A stretch of 64,000 nt of DNA. Origin: Octopus bimaculoides. Its lineage: Eukaryota. Shown here piece by piece: positions 63,796 through 64,000 of the stretch. Within the stretch, counting starts at the first letter, position 1. Every line of letters starts with the position of its first letter. The notes under the pieces are model-generated. The model did not search any database and had not been told where the DNA came from. It was given only the letters and a program-made list of their open reading frames with translations. The DNA is taken from the NCBI RefSeq assembly GCF_001194135.2, contig NC_068984.1:66209991-66273990 (forward strand). Reading direction: 5' to 3'. Made by a program: the position numbers and the translations under genes.

Positions 63796-64000
63796 GACAC
63801 ACACACATGATTAATGACATTGATCATTCAGGAAGAATTGACTATCGTAACTCATTAATCAACAACAGTATGAAAAATAATTTTTGTTAAATTGTCTGTG
63901 TTCTCTTTGTTATTTATTTATTTATTTATTCATTTATTATGCTGATCTATAATCTATAATCAATATTATTCAAATCTTGATCAGTCCATAGTTTTTTCTG

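Overview
AT-rich, microsatellite-dense animal DNA with eight assembly gaps, most flanked by (AT)n. The interspersed repeats (tRNA-headed SINE families, TTAA-flanked MITEs, a Dong/R4-type LINE in (AAT)n) look like an octopus genome; this is inferred from recalled repeat consensus, not from a search. No multi-exon protein-coding gene can be supported, and nearly all ORFs in the track are microsatellite or gap artefacts. Supported content: a maT-type Tc1/mariner transposase relic, a mariner foldback element, RTE-, CRE- and R4/Dong-type LINE relics, about 25 SINE copies from four families, piggyBac-like MITEs, a probable non-autonomous Helitron, two long hairpins and several local duplications. 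The most interesting non-TE signals are at the right end. One is a phased four-unit array of overlapping NF-kB and STAT consensus sites (59492-59591). The other, about 2 kb downstream, is a canonically spaced TATA/Inr core promoter with ETS sites and a GTAAGT donor (about 61537-61717). Together they suggest the 5' end of an inducible plus-strand gene whose coding exons lie beyond the window. Two degenerate tandem duplications (3781-4290, 7442-7985) may be decayed C2H2 zinc-finger arrays.
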